A stretch of 63,703 nt of DNA, counting the filler, from Trichomonas gallinae (taxonomy: Eukaryota), in assembly GCA_008369845.1 (NCBI GenBank). It is 6 parts of 6 records of this genome, joined end to end, with 100 filler letters (N's around TTAATTAATTAA, not from the genome) between each part and the next. Parts side by side here need not be neighbours in the genome. Positions count along the whole stretch, not along the records: positions 52,574 to 56,187 come from MRSU01001205.1; positions 56,288 to 61,267 come from MRSU01001206.1; positions 61,368 to 63,703 come from MRSU01001207.1; 3 more parts are not named here. One strand, written 5' to 3'. This document shows positions 53,100-63,703 of the stretch, piece after piece; positions within the stretch are counted from its first letter, which is position 1, and every line of letters starts with the position of its first letter. The translations under genes were made by a program, and so were the position numbers. The notes beneath the pieces were generated by a model. The model was not told where the DNA came from. It saw nothing but the letters and a program-made list of their open reading frames with translations, and made no database searches.

Positions 53100-55256
53100 A
53101 TGTTACCGAATGAACAAGTGGAATCTCTTCATCCATTCTTTAAAGTCGCCGCTGTTGAAATATTTTGGAATGGATTTGTGCATAAACTCGAGAAATCTAA
53201 CTCTTATGTTCAGAGATTACTCGTCATTGCATCTCCAGGTATATTTTTCTTCGAAAAATCGCTGCTTGGCGGCTTTAAGGTTAATCAAATCGTTTCGTTC
53301 TCCGAAATGAGGGGAATTCAATCAATAGACGACAAAATAATTATCAAACTTCGATATTACAAAGTTGAAATGATGTCTTCATCATATGAACAAATCATTG
53401 GGTTTATTATGGCCATACAAAACAGTCTTTTCGATCCATTTGAGCTAGAAATTCCAAATGGTTTGCGTGAAAGAATTTTCGAGGATATGATCATATATAA
53501 CACACAGTCTCCGCTTTGTATCAAATTCCTGTCCTTGGCAACGCAAATGCTTGATACAACTGACGCTGAAGTTCTCGCGAATTTTGCTTCAACTTTGATT
53601 GAAGTAGATGATTCATATGATTTCAACAATTCTATAATCAACGATCCTACACTCGAATTCTTGCTAGATGCAATTTGCCTAGATGCTGATGTTAAGATAA
53701 TTTCATTTTCATCAGTTTCTTTCAGCCAACTTGTCGAACCTTTGAAGATAATATTGTGCCTTAATCGTCATATTACCACAATCAACTTCAATGGAATCAT
53801 TTTTAAAGGAGATTCATCGGAATTAGTTTCATTCTTCAAAATATGTGCTGTTTCACCTATTACTCGAATTACATTCAATCACTGCGAGCTGACTTCGAAC
53901 AAATTTACCAATTTTCTTCTCGCTTTCTCAAAATTTAAATGCAAAATTCATTCGATTAAGTGCAAAGACTGCACTTTCTCTGTTGAAACGCTTACAGCAT
54001 TGTTCACTTGTCTCTTCCAGTCGCCAAGCTTCCCTCAACTGCGCGAATTCAAGATTTCCGGAGAAGCTTTGCCTTCTTGCGCGCAAGACTTAGCTCTAGA
54101 GCTACTGGATGAATCTAAATTCTATTTCCCAGCTGATTTCAATACAATTCAGTTTATTTCATCGAAATTTAATGGATCACAGCTTATTGAACAATTTGTG
54201 ACAATGAAGAACCCTATTACATCACTTGATGTTAGTAAGTCAATGCTTAAGATCGATTTATCCGATTCTATCTCGTCATTTTCAAGTTTGACGAAACTCG
54301 ACATTAGCAGCTCATGGACAACACCAGAGTCATTGATATCGCTGTTTTCAGCAATATCACGCTCTAATCCGTCAATATCAGCCATCATAGCCGATCATTT
54401 ACATATGTCTGAATCGAATTGGGCGAATTTCTACAGTAAATATGGCGGCATATATTGTCCTTCTATCAGACTTTTATCCTGGGAAAACAATTATATCAGA
54501 GATGATGAAATTATCGATCAATTCTTTAATTTCTTGAAATGCATGAAAAATATCATTGATCTTTCCTTGTCAAACACAATCAATGCTTCTCAGAGTGCAG
54601 TTGACAATCTCTCTAAATGGATAAGCTCATCTCACATTCAGAGATTTGTTATGCGCGGATATGACAAAACTGCTTTCAATAATGACTTCGTTCCAGTTCT
54701 ACAAGCATTGGCTGAGCGTGGCTCTGTTTACGCGCTCGATGTTACAGGCCAAGGCTTCGGCGACGAAGGAATTGAAATAATTGCCGAAATGGTGAAGGGA
54801 AGTTTGACTTCCCTCGCTTTCGACGAGCAGAATCCGACGACAGCAGGTCCGCTTTTCGATGTACTGTCTATGATTGCCGACAAGAAGATGGATTTCGCGC
54901 TGTGGCCCGAAGAAAACTTGAAGCGCGCGATTCAGAAGACTCCGATCCAGAAGAGGCCCGAGATCCAGAAGACTGCAAGCGACTTGAAGCAGGCATTCAT
55001 TGACCGATGGAGCAAGGAGATCCACCACTGCCTCAGCATTAAAAACAACTTCTTCGGAAAATCGAAAGTTCCTAGAATCAGATGCTACCCAATTGGCCCA
55101 ATATTGACGCAGAAAGTCTCTTACGAGACACTCAGCCAGACTCCAGAGAGCATACAGCAGTGCCTAACAGAGGTTTTCGGCTTCTTCAGAGAAGATGCAC
55201 TAACTACCCAAGTCAGCCGTCTGATTGAGAAGTACATGTTCAACACCATTATCTGA
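53100..55256 (+). CDS. CARMIL-like leucine-rich-repeat protein
   Basis: N-terminal PH-like QRLLVIASPGIFFF; RI-type LRRs ITSLDVS, LTKLDIS, LDVTGQGFGDEG and LTSLAFD. Confidence 0.8.
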   Translation: MLPNEQVESLHPFFKVAAVEIFWNGFVHKLEKSNSYVQRLLVIASPGIFFFEKSLLGGFKVNQIVSFSEMRGIQSIDDKIIIKLRYYKVEMMSSSYEQIIGFIMAIQNSLFDPFELEIPNGLRERIFEDMIIYNTQSPLCIKFLSLATQMLDTTDAEVLANFASTLIEVDDSYDFNNSIINDPTLEFLLDAICLDADVKIISFSSVSFSQLVEPLKIILCLNRHITTINFNGIIFKGDSSELVSFFKICAVSPITRITFNHCELTSNKFTNFLLAFSKFKCKIHSIKCKDCTFSVETLTALFTCLFQSPSFPQLREFKISGEALPSCAQDLALELLDESKFYFPADFNTIQFISSKFNGSQLIEQFVTMKNPITSLDVSKSMLKIDLSDSISSFSSLTKLDISSSWTTPESLISLFSAISRSNPSISAIIADHLHMSESNWANFYSKYGGIYCPSIRLLSWENNYIRDDEIIDQFFNFLKCMKNIIDLSLSNTINASQSAVDNLSKWISSSHIQRFVMRGYDKTAFNNDFVPVLQALAERGSVYALDVTGQGFGDEGIEIIAEMVKGSLTSLAFDEQNPTTAGPLFDVLSMIADKKMDFALWPEENLKRAIQKTPIQKRPEIQKTASDLKQAFIDRWSKEIHHCLSIKNNFFGKSKVPRIRCYPIGPILTQKVSYETLSQTPESIQQCLTEVFGFFREDALTTQVSRLIEKYMFNTII

Positions 55257-56187
55257 TTTTTGTATATTTTATTTGTTTTAAATGTATTTTGTTTATAACT
55301 CATATTATTAATTTTTTTTTATATCTGTTTATCTGCTGAAAATATATCTATCAATGATTGCTGATTAAAGAAAGGTAATGATTAGTATCATAGTCATCTC
55401 TTATTTTCAAAGATAAGAAATTAGATATAATAAGATTCATCTTCATATTTAGGGACTGAATATACCATAGATAAACTTCTATAGATGAGAGAAATTTGTA
55501 TGGAGCAGGGTGAGCCTATTCGGGGAATTAAAGCAGACGAGTAAATTTGTTGTGGGTGTCAAACACGCCCGGCACTCAAAGTTCTCAATTGATTGAAAGG
55601 TCTTTCAATAATTTGTGATTGAATTCAAAGAAATTGAATGGGCATATCAAAAGTCAAGATATCTTTGAAAGATAAAGAAATATTTTGAATATGAAAAGAA
55701 AATAAAAATATTATTTATTGATATAATATTGTATAAAATAAGATATGCTACATTATTTATATGTTTGGAGAGAGAAAGAACGAAGCAATTAAGTTATTCG
55801 GAAATAACTATTCAAAACTATAGATTTAATGAAAAACCGCGAATACATTTCAATTTTTCGAAACAAGTATTCAAAAAAATTGTCAAAAAATCAACTAAGT
55901 GTTATTGTTAGAAATTATTATTTAATATAAAATTTAAAGCATTATGATTTGTAAAAATTGATTTGTAAATTTATAAATTGACATGTAAAGTCAAGACTCT
56001 ATTTTGGTAAATTGGTATGCATAGTATTATCCAATGACAAATATGCTTTCCATAGTTTTAGCTAAGATTTCAATACAATTGGAGATATGTTGGATCAGTA
56101 GCTTGCCTACATTTTTTACTTTGATATAAATTATAAGAAAGGTAAATTGTTTTGACAGTATTGAGATGTAAACGTTGTGTATAAGTC

Positions 56188-56287
56188 NNNNNNNNNNNNN
56201 NNNNNNNNNNNNNNNNNNNNNNNNNNNNNNNTTAATTAATTAANNNNNNNNNNNNNNNNNNNNNNNNNNNNNNNNNNNNNNNNNNNN
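56188..56287. other. Artificial 100-bp contig linker
   Basis: N-run with central TTAATTAATTAA. Confidence 0.97.
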
Positions 56288-57804
56288 ATTTCATGCACTT
56301 CTTTCTTGACATCTCTAGTCCAGTTCATGCGAACTTGTGGGCCATTTTCGAATTGCTTGTAGTATGGCCTAACATCCATCTTAGACATTTCGCAAAGGTT
56401 AATGAGGAATTCTCCGTGATACCATACTTTACTTCTGAGTGGAAGACTGTTGACATGTTTATGGAGGATCTTGCGATATAAGTCTGGTCCAAACCAGTAG
56501 ACATAATTTGTGTAAAAAGCAAGGAGGTGACGCATATTGATTGTGCTGTATGGATGAACCATGTAAGCCCAGCTTCCATCTATGGTTACACCTCCCCACA
56601 AATTGATGATTCTATTCTCTGACAGCTGGCTCAACATTGAATAGGCAAGAAGATTCAAAGCATTGTTCGAAACTTCTCCAAAATCTCCAGTGCCCCAGTT
56701 ATATTGGAAGTGGTGATGGTATTCATGGATATTTCCCCAACATCCCCATGGATTGGAATCACCATTAGTATAACTGAAAGCCCATTCTGGTGGCATTTGG
56801 ATGAAGTTTGCGCCAACAAGAGCAACAGCAGAGCCAGCTCTAACATAAGAATCAAGGTGAATATCAACAGGAGTTTTAACGCGTCCATCCCAGCGTCGTG
56901 GATGATATGTAACTTCGTTGCATGAGTATGAAACTCTGCTGACACCTCTCCACCATGCCAAAGCATCATTGAGCTTGTGGCCATCCCTGCCGAATTTGCT
57001 TGGCATTGTGGCAACAATGGCGCCATTATCAATAAACATAAGTGGAGCTGGATATTTGCTAATTTCTTCATCCCATTCTTGATCAGTTGTGACACCATAC
57101 TTGAAATATGGCATTCTGATGCCACCTGTAATGTTCACATCTATACCAGAGTTGAAACTGTCGACTTCACATTGAATCATAAGAGCTCCACCATAAGGCC
57201 AAGAAATCAAGTTAACTTGGTATGGAAGTCTTATCTCTACTTGCATTCTTGCAAATCTCCAGTTGACTGCATTTGCTCTCTGTTCATCGTCTACATGACG
57301 ATTGATTTTAGCAATCAATTTTGCCCTTGCTTTATTTGGAACTTCAATTGAAATAATTTCTCCTGGTGGTATATATATACCAGTTTGGTGGTACTTTTGA
57401 TATCTTGTGTTAATAAAGAATCTGAATTTATATCTTTGAGCACTCTCTAAAAGTGATGGATTTGCATAGAACTGCTGAACACCAGCTGGATGTGCATAAA
57501 CATTGCTCTCATTTAATTCGCCTGGTCGATATGGTAGTGAAAATACTCTGTAAATCCAATCTGTTTCGTTCTTTAACGTTTGATAGTCAACCTTTCGGGT
57601 ATGTCCTGGCCATGGATAACTATCTAATGGGATTACTGTCTCGAATAAACCTGCTTCATTGATATTTTGAATCCTTGGTTTAGGAACTTCTTCGAGAACA
57701 ACTAAGGAATCGCACTCTTGGCATTGCACAGTATCTGTTCCTGTGAAGCCGTAATCCGACTTAATGTAAGATACTGAAAAATGGAACAAATAAAGCAGAA
57801 ACAT
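56288..57804 (-). CDS. M60-like (enhancin-type) zinc metallopeptidase / immunodominant variable surface antigen-like, N-terminal part, 3'-truncated by gap
   Basis: Signal peptide; TGIYIPPGEII, WPYGG, MPYF, WGNIHEYHHHFQ (HExxH) and downstream GEVSNN. Start MFLLYL at 57804. Confidence 0.92.
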
Positions 57805-58060
57805 TAATAAATTTATTTTGTGAGAATATTTCAATTATTCTGAAAATTGATTTTATAAAATATTAGTTTGGATGTAATTATTTCAATTTGTCAATTAACA
57901 AATTTACAGGTATCGTAATTTGAGAACAAAAATTTTTGTGAATATTTTAAAAATTGATAAATTATACTATAATTATATTTGGATAATAAATAAATTATAT
58001 TTGGATTATAAATAAATTAAATTAAATAAATAGATAAAATAAATAGATCAAAAAAAAATA

Positions 58061-58181
58061 AATTTGGAATTAGGAATAAAAGATTCTTATTTCAACAGTT
58101 TGGTGGATATTCCAAATGCTTCTTTAATTCCAAATGAAAACTGATTCCAAATTTTGAAGACTTTATTCCTAATTCCAAATT
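58061..58181. repeat. 121-bp element bounded by a perfect 20-bp inverted repeat
   Basis: AATTTGGAATTAGGAATAAA (58061-58080) and TTTATTCCTAATTCCAAATT (58162-58181), with internal TTCCAAA copies. Confidence 0.85.
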
Positions 58182-58369
58182 ACTGGCAGTTCCAAATAAT
58201 TTGGTTATGCGCATGTTGTCACTTTTTTGATCGAATTCGGCATTTTGAATACATTATTCCAAATTCGAATAAAGTCATGGTGATTCCATTAAAACCGGAG
58301 ATGACCTTAAACCCCAATGAAAAAAAAAATTGATAAACCTTAATAAACAATATGCAGTCACGTTTTGAG

Positions 58370-58491
58370 CGAAGTTAAAAAATTGGTGGTATATTTTTAT
58401 TCTTGCACCTTCAATTTCGAATTATTTTAAGCACCTTTTATTCATGATATAATCATAACCGATTCAATTCAAAATTGAATGGTCAAGAATA
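58370..58491. mobile_element. Dispersed 122-bp repeat, copy 2, foldback core 58398-58491; MITE-like
   Basis: About 87% identical to 83-204; core arms match at 21/25, with TA at both ends. Confidence 0.6.
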
Positions 58492-59528
58492 GTTATAATA
58501 ATTATATTATCAATAAAATTAAGAAGCAAAATAAATTTTTGAATTTGCAAAAAAAAATGATAGAATTTAGTACATTTAAAAAATAAATCAATGAATTCGA
58601 TCATATCAATAAAAATGATAAACTAAATATGGTCTAATCTAGAAATCAAAAACAAAATCATGGATGTTAAAAAAATTTATGAGCACGAAATTTTGGCATA
58701 TCAATCCTCTATAATCATTTATTATTGATTCGTTTTACTTGTTCAGAAGAGGAAAAAGTTCCCAGAAATCAGTCATATTAAAATCAATAAAAAAATCGAT
58801 CTGATACATTTCAATAAGTTATAAAAAAATCTCCAAAAGATTAAATGATTAGATATACTATTAAAAATGTTTATAGCACGAATGCAATCTACATACGATT
58901 AAAAAATTGTTTAATCAATTTGACAAGCCCTTATTTATCGGCCGTTTTGAATACGATTGAATCAGATAGGCGACTTATTAGGTAAAATATGCTAGGAATG
59001 CGTTATTAACTAGATGTACCTAATTTCTAAGCTATAGTAACTTTGGAAAACAAATATATTTTGATCTTTTAAAATATATACAAAACATGTTCTATATAGT
59101 GCAACCAATTCTAATGAATATTTCAATACATGGGAAAAGTTAATTAAACATATATATGATATTTAAAAAAAAAAATTATTGATGATAAAGTTAACATCAC
59201 TGGATTTCAAACCATTAAAATACCATATTAACGTTATTTTCATTGTTTTAAACTTTCACAACCTAAAAAGTATATATACTATAGTATGATTGATAAATGT
59301 GTTTTCCAGGACTATAAAATGCTTGAATTTTTATAAAAGAAAGCATTCTACAATAGTGGATTTTCTATTGCAAATCATTCACAAACTTTATAAATTATTG
59401 ATAATCAATCGATAATTCTATGTTTTATATGTTTTAAACTATAAAAATGTATATTTTTTGTTTGAATAAACCAGAAGAAATATGTCTGGTTTGCTCCAAT
59501 TAAAAGAAGCTTTTATTGAAATTCTGTT

Positions 59529-61267
59529 TTATACAGATAAAGCTGTTTCATTTTCATTTGGATTTTCTGCAGGTGTGTTCTTCGACTTTAAGTAAAAGAT
59601 GACACCAGCAGCAACAGCAGCAATTGCCACGAGAGCAGCACCAACAGCCAATATAATGAAAATAGGGCTGTTATTTGGATGGGATGATGGAGTGATTTCT
59701 GTTTCTTCTTCATTGTCTTCGTTTTGAGCTGATAATCGTGAGGACTTTGATGATACATCAAGCATGTCACCATTAGCAAGAAGACCAGCAATCTCAACTC
59801 GACCGCTTCTCACAACAATATCGAGTTTGTACTCTTTTCCGCTCTCAAGGTTGGCAATGTAGTAGAGAGGCATCTGGAAGAAGTCATTGGTTACCATCTT
59901 GTTGTAATAGTCTGGGTGAATGAAAGAAGTGTTGACTGTTCCATCATATTTGCCGTTGAGGTAAACATCGAAGATGCCACCACCATAGTAGCGATGGCGA
60001 TCACCAAGGATGACTATCGAATTTCCTGTTGAGTTTAGTTTGATTGCAGCTGACAATTTGGCGTCTTTATGAAGATGCCAGCCCTTTCCGTTATAATAGA
60101 TACCTTCGTTTGAAAGTTTGCCTTGGCCTTGGAGTTTAAACTTTGTGTGTGTTGCTGGGATGATGTTATCCGTTGATCCTGCGTTGCTGACAAGAGGCAT
60201 GACAAGGCAAATAGAAGCAACATTGCCATGTGTGTTTGATAATACGTTGATATTGAGTTTGCTGCAACGCTGTGCAACATCGAAGTTGAGCGAACGCTGA
60301 TACGCATCATTATATATCTCTTTTCCATCACACGTGACTGAAATTTTGCCGAAAATCTTGTTGTCACTTGTTGGAATGTACAGTTTATCGAATGTGATTG
60401 GGGCTCCCATGTCAATCTCATAAGTCAATGGCAATGAGTTTGATTTCACTTGGACAGGTTTGTTAAGATTTGCCTGCATGTCTGTTAAGTATTGTGAGAT
60501 GTTGACACTCGGATCGATAGGCTGGAAATTGCCTGTAACCTTGAATCCTCTAGAATCATATTTGAGAGTTCTAGCTTCATAGTAGTGTCCAAGTGTTGGA
60601 TCATTCTCCATGCGAGGAACGAATTTATATGTGGATTTGTCGGCAGGATTATAGTTGGCGAACCTGACGTGATCTGCGGTGATTTCAACAGGATTCTGAC
60701 CATCCTTGTTAATATAGGCAACTAATCCACGGCCTCCATTTTTATTTGGATTGACTATGAAGAAGCGGAAATAGTATGGTTTTCCTTCTTCAAGTTTAAC
60801 CCATGAACTAGGCTGATTCTCGTTGAAAACGCTTCTATAACCTTGAGACTCTGCAACTAAATATTGTTTATCCTGTTCCATGTTGCCTGTCAGTGGTTTT
60901 TCTGATATGTAAAACAGCATTTCATGGTAGTGAACGAATAAGAACTTGTAATTATCTGTCTTCGGTGGAACGAAGACACCGTCGCTCATACCAAGCCATG
61001 GTCCATGGTCGCCATTTTCAATTTTCATTGCTGATCCGATTCTGTGATTTGTCACATGGAAGTTATCATTGAAGTGTTTATAAGCTTGCCATCTGTCCAT
61101 TTTGCCGTCATATGCTAGGAAATAAAGGTTATTGCCGGTCAATTGTTGTCTGACTTTGACTATGCATGTTGTGATGCGGCCGTTTTCACGATCGCGATAA
61201 TTGACGTAGAATTTGTCGATGATGTTGACATCTTTAGGAGGAGTGTACATGTATATACCATCTCTGA
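59529..61267 (-). CDS. C-terminal part of a single-TM surface protein (PA14/CBM-like domains), probably an M60-like peptidase; 5'-truncated by gap
   Basis: Frame is open to the gap (RDGIYMYTPP). PA14-like GVFVPPKTDNYKF...VKLEEGKPYYF; CBM-like FDVYLNGKYDGTV; C-terminal TM. Confidence 0.75.
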
Positions 61268-61367
61268 NNNNNNNNNNNNNNNNNNNNNNNNNNNNNNNNN
61301 NNNNNNNNNNNTTAATTAATTAANNNNNNNNNNNNNNNNNNNNNNNNNNNNNNNNNNNNNNNNNNNN
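61268..61367. other. Artificial 100-bp contig linker
   Basis: N-run with central TTAATTAATTAA. Confidence 0.97.
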
Positions 61368-61641
61368 TGAAATCATAATTCATTTTTGAACAATGTTATA
61401 TTATAATAGCGTACATAGTAGCCATCATGAATGCAATAAAATAAGAAGTTGCCCTATATTTGCAGGGTATTACAGATATTTTAAGGGGATTCCGTCTCGC
61501 CTTCCGCGCGCTGAATAAAATTGCGCATTTCGTTCGCTGCTAAAAAGTGAGAATTCGCACAACCTTATATGCATATTAAATATAATGCAAAAATACAAAC
61601 AATTTGGCTATAATCATAATGCAAAATCACAATTGGCTATT

Positions 61642-62592
61642 TCATAACAATGGGGAGATTGATTTAACTAATCTCATCCTAGTCTTCGAGCAAATAATCT
61701 GCGATTGCAAATTATGAGTAGATTTTCTAATAGAATATATTGGAGAGAGTATAAGTGAACTTAAATTAGATTTAGATTTGCTGTTTCTCTTGCTGATTCT
61801 CGGCAGCTCTTTCTCATTTGTGAAGTAAGGATGTTTGATAATTTCTGAAATTGAATATCTTTCTTCAGGATCAATCTTCAAGCACTTTGTGATGACTTCT
61901 CTAAGTAATGGATCGGCGACTAAGGACGCATTATAAAGAGAATGTATGATTAAGTAATCTAATTCTTGTTGACTACGAGAAAAGAATGGATAACGACCTG
62001 TAGCTATATAATACAATGTACAACCAACAGCCCAAACATCAGAAGCCATTGGATCGTGAACTTTTTTCTCAATCAATTCTGGCGCCATGCAAACTTTTGT
62101 TCCTGTGTAATGGTTACTTGTGCTGATTCCTTCCATTTTCATGCTGAGGCCGAAATCAGACACCTTGACTCTGTTGTAGAAGTCTACAAGAAAGTTGCCA
62201 GGTTTTATGTCGCAGTGAGCAATGTCTCTATCGTGGCATGCCTTGATAGACAAGACTACATCACGGCATAAGTCTCTAATCTCGTCTTCTGTTATGCTGT
62301 ACTTGTTCAATATATACTTTTCCAGGTCAGTTTGGCAAAGTTCCATTACTAAATATTCGAATCCGTTGTAATGGAGCTTCTGATACAATCTAACTATATT
62401 TGATTCATCTATAGACATCAAGCAGTCAAGTTCATTCTGGTAAAAACAGTTTTCTTGGACTCTCTTAATTGCGTATTGCTGCTTAAACTTTTCGGAATAC
62501 ACACTAAAGATCACTCCATATGTTCCTTGACCAATAGTGTGTAGTATCCTATATCCATGACTCTTGAGAAACCCCTGCTCTTTAAAATCCAT
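61642..62592 (-). CDS. CAMK-like Ser/Thr protein kinase
   Basis: IGQGTYG, YAIK, HCDIKPGN, DFG, APE and DVWAVG are all intact. Confidence 0.95.
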   Translation of the reverse strand: MDFKEQGFLKSHGYRILHTIGQGTYGVIFSVYSEKFKQQYAIKRVQENCFYQNELDCLMSIDESNIVRLYQKLHYNGFEYLVMELCQTDLEKYILNKYSITEDEIRDLCRDVVLSIKACHDRDIAHCDIKPGNFLVDFYNRVKVSDFGLSMKMEGISTSNHYTGTKVCMAPELIEKKVHDPMASDVWAVGCTLYYIATGRYPFFSRSQQELDYLIIHSLYNASLVADPLLREVITKCLKIDPEERYSISEIIKHPYFTNEKELPRISKRNSKSKSNLSSLILSPIYSIRKSTHNLQSQIICSKTRMRLVKSISPLL

Positions 62593-63703
62593 TGATAAAA
62601 ATGTTTTGTATTAATTTTGAAAGTAGACCTTTATTCAAAAAATTGATAACTTTTATTCAAAATTATGGTTTTGAGGGAACTCATTCAATTACTTCTGTGT
62701 TCGGACAATCATATAAATCGCTGAATTGTATAATTCTAGCTCGTTGATATAATCTCGAGATGTTTCTCTTTATTATTTTAACTTTACACTTTTCAAAGGA
62801 CAATTAAATTTTCAAAGTGACTTTTGAAAAGAAGTTAGTCGAGACAAATTGCTTGAATCAGTCTTTACATATGATATTTATCAATAATTATTCCTTTATT
62901 CTGACTCCGAAATGTTCTTTTGAGAAGGAGTAAATCTTATCACGCTCTCAATTATTCGATATTTTATCCATGCATTTCTTATATATATCTGTATCTAAAT
63001 ATAAATTTATATTTTTAAATACTTTACAATTATTCATGAATTTTTTTATCCATGTATTTCATATACATAAATCAATTTAAATTCATATTAACCTTCAAAA
63101 TATTTTTAATTCAAAATATATTTTAGAGAAAAATTGATATATTAGTTATATAGATAAATTTAATTTCAAAATTTTATATATCAATTCAAATGTTCAACTC
63201 AAATTTTATCAAGTGATATATAAGATATAATAGTTTATATGTATCTATTTGTGGAAATTATTTTTTTTTATATTGTTTACATTTAATGTATAACTTACAG
63301 AAATCCATAAAACGATTTTTCTGAAAAGTCCATTTGATAAGAATCTTGCTCATATGGATAATGCAATAGATGACAGCAATAGAACAGGAAAACATTCTTA
63401 CATAATTTTATAGTTTTGAATAATTATTTCAAAATTTAGTTGGCTGTCAGTATAAACGGAACCCAAAGGAATCCAAATCTCTTGAAATAATGCCTTTAAA
63501 ACATGTAATTCATGTTCAGTTGTCGGCTGGACATATAGTTCCAATCGAATTTCTGATGTTTAGCCTGACGAAATCAAGAATTAAATTTAATTAATGAGAA
63601 AAATCTATAATTTTCATGTTTCCTAAAAAGGGGGGGAACTCCCTCCACCTTTTCAGATCGCCTCGAAACCATGCCTGTTGGATACATATGGCATAGGGGA
63701 ATA

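Noticed and set aside
55540..55580. GCCGGGCG on the minus strand as an SRP RNA 5' end
   Set aside because: No recognisable Alu-domain or helix-8 motifs, and the GC-rich span is too short.

Overview
AT-rich, gene-dense eukaryotic DNA with no recognisable introns. It is most consistent with a Trichomonas-like parabasalid: PPi-dependent PFK, GP63-like and M60-like surface metallopeptidases, Inr-type TCA(C/T)T starts and TAA(A) stop/poly(A) overlaps. The organism call is inferred from gene content and was not database-checked. The window is six contigs joined by five artificial 100-bp N-linkers carrying TTAATTAATTAA, so adjacency across gaps is unverified. It holds about 25 protein genes (four truncated at gaps), one tRNA-Thr(UGU) and an ankyrin pseudogene. 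Notable genes: a 2196-aa Piezo-type channel, a TMEM181/Wntless-like protein, a kexin-like protease lacking its catalytic triad, a GT-C-like membrane protein and two tandem M60-like gene halves. Unexplained non-coding structure: a ~6-copy, ~108-bp tandem array (18465-19110); a 122-bp dispersed repeat with a TA-bounded foldback core in two contigs; a 20-bp perfect inverted repeat in a TTCCAAA field; several perfect palindromes; and TGACA clusters in promoters. No CRISPR array, rRNA or transposase was seen. I cannot confirm a new biological system; the 108-bp array, the pseudoprotease and the foldback repeat are the best leads.
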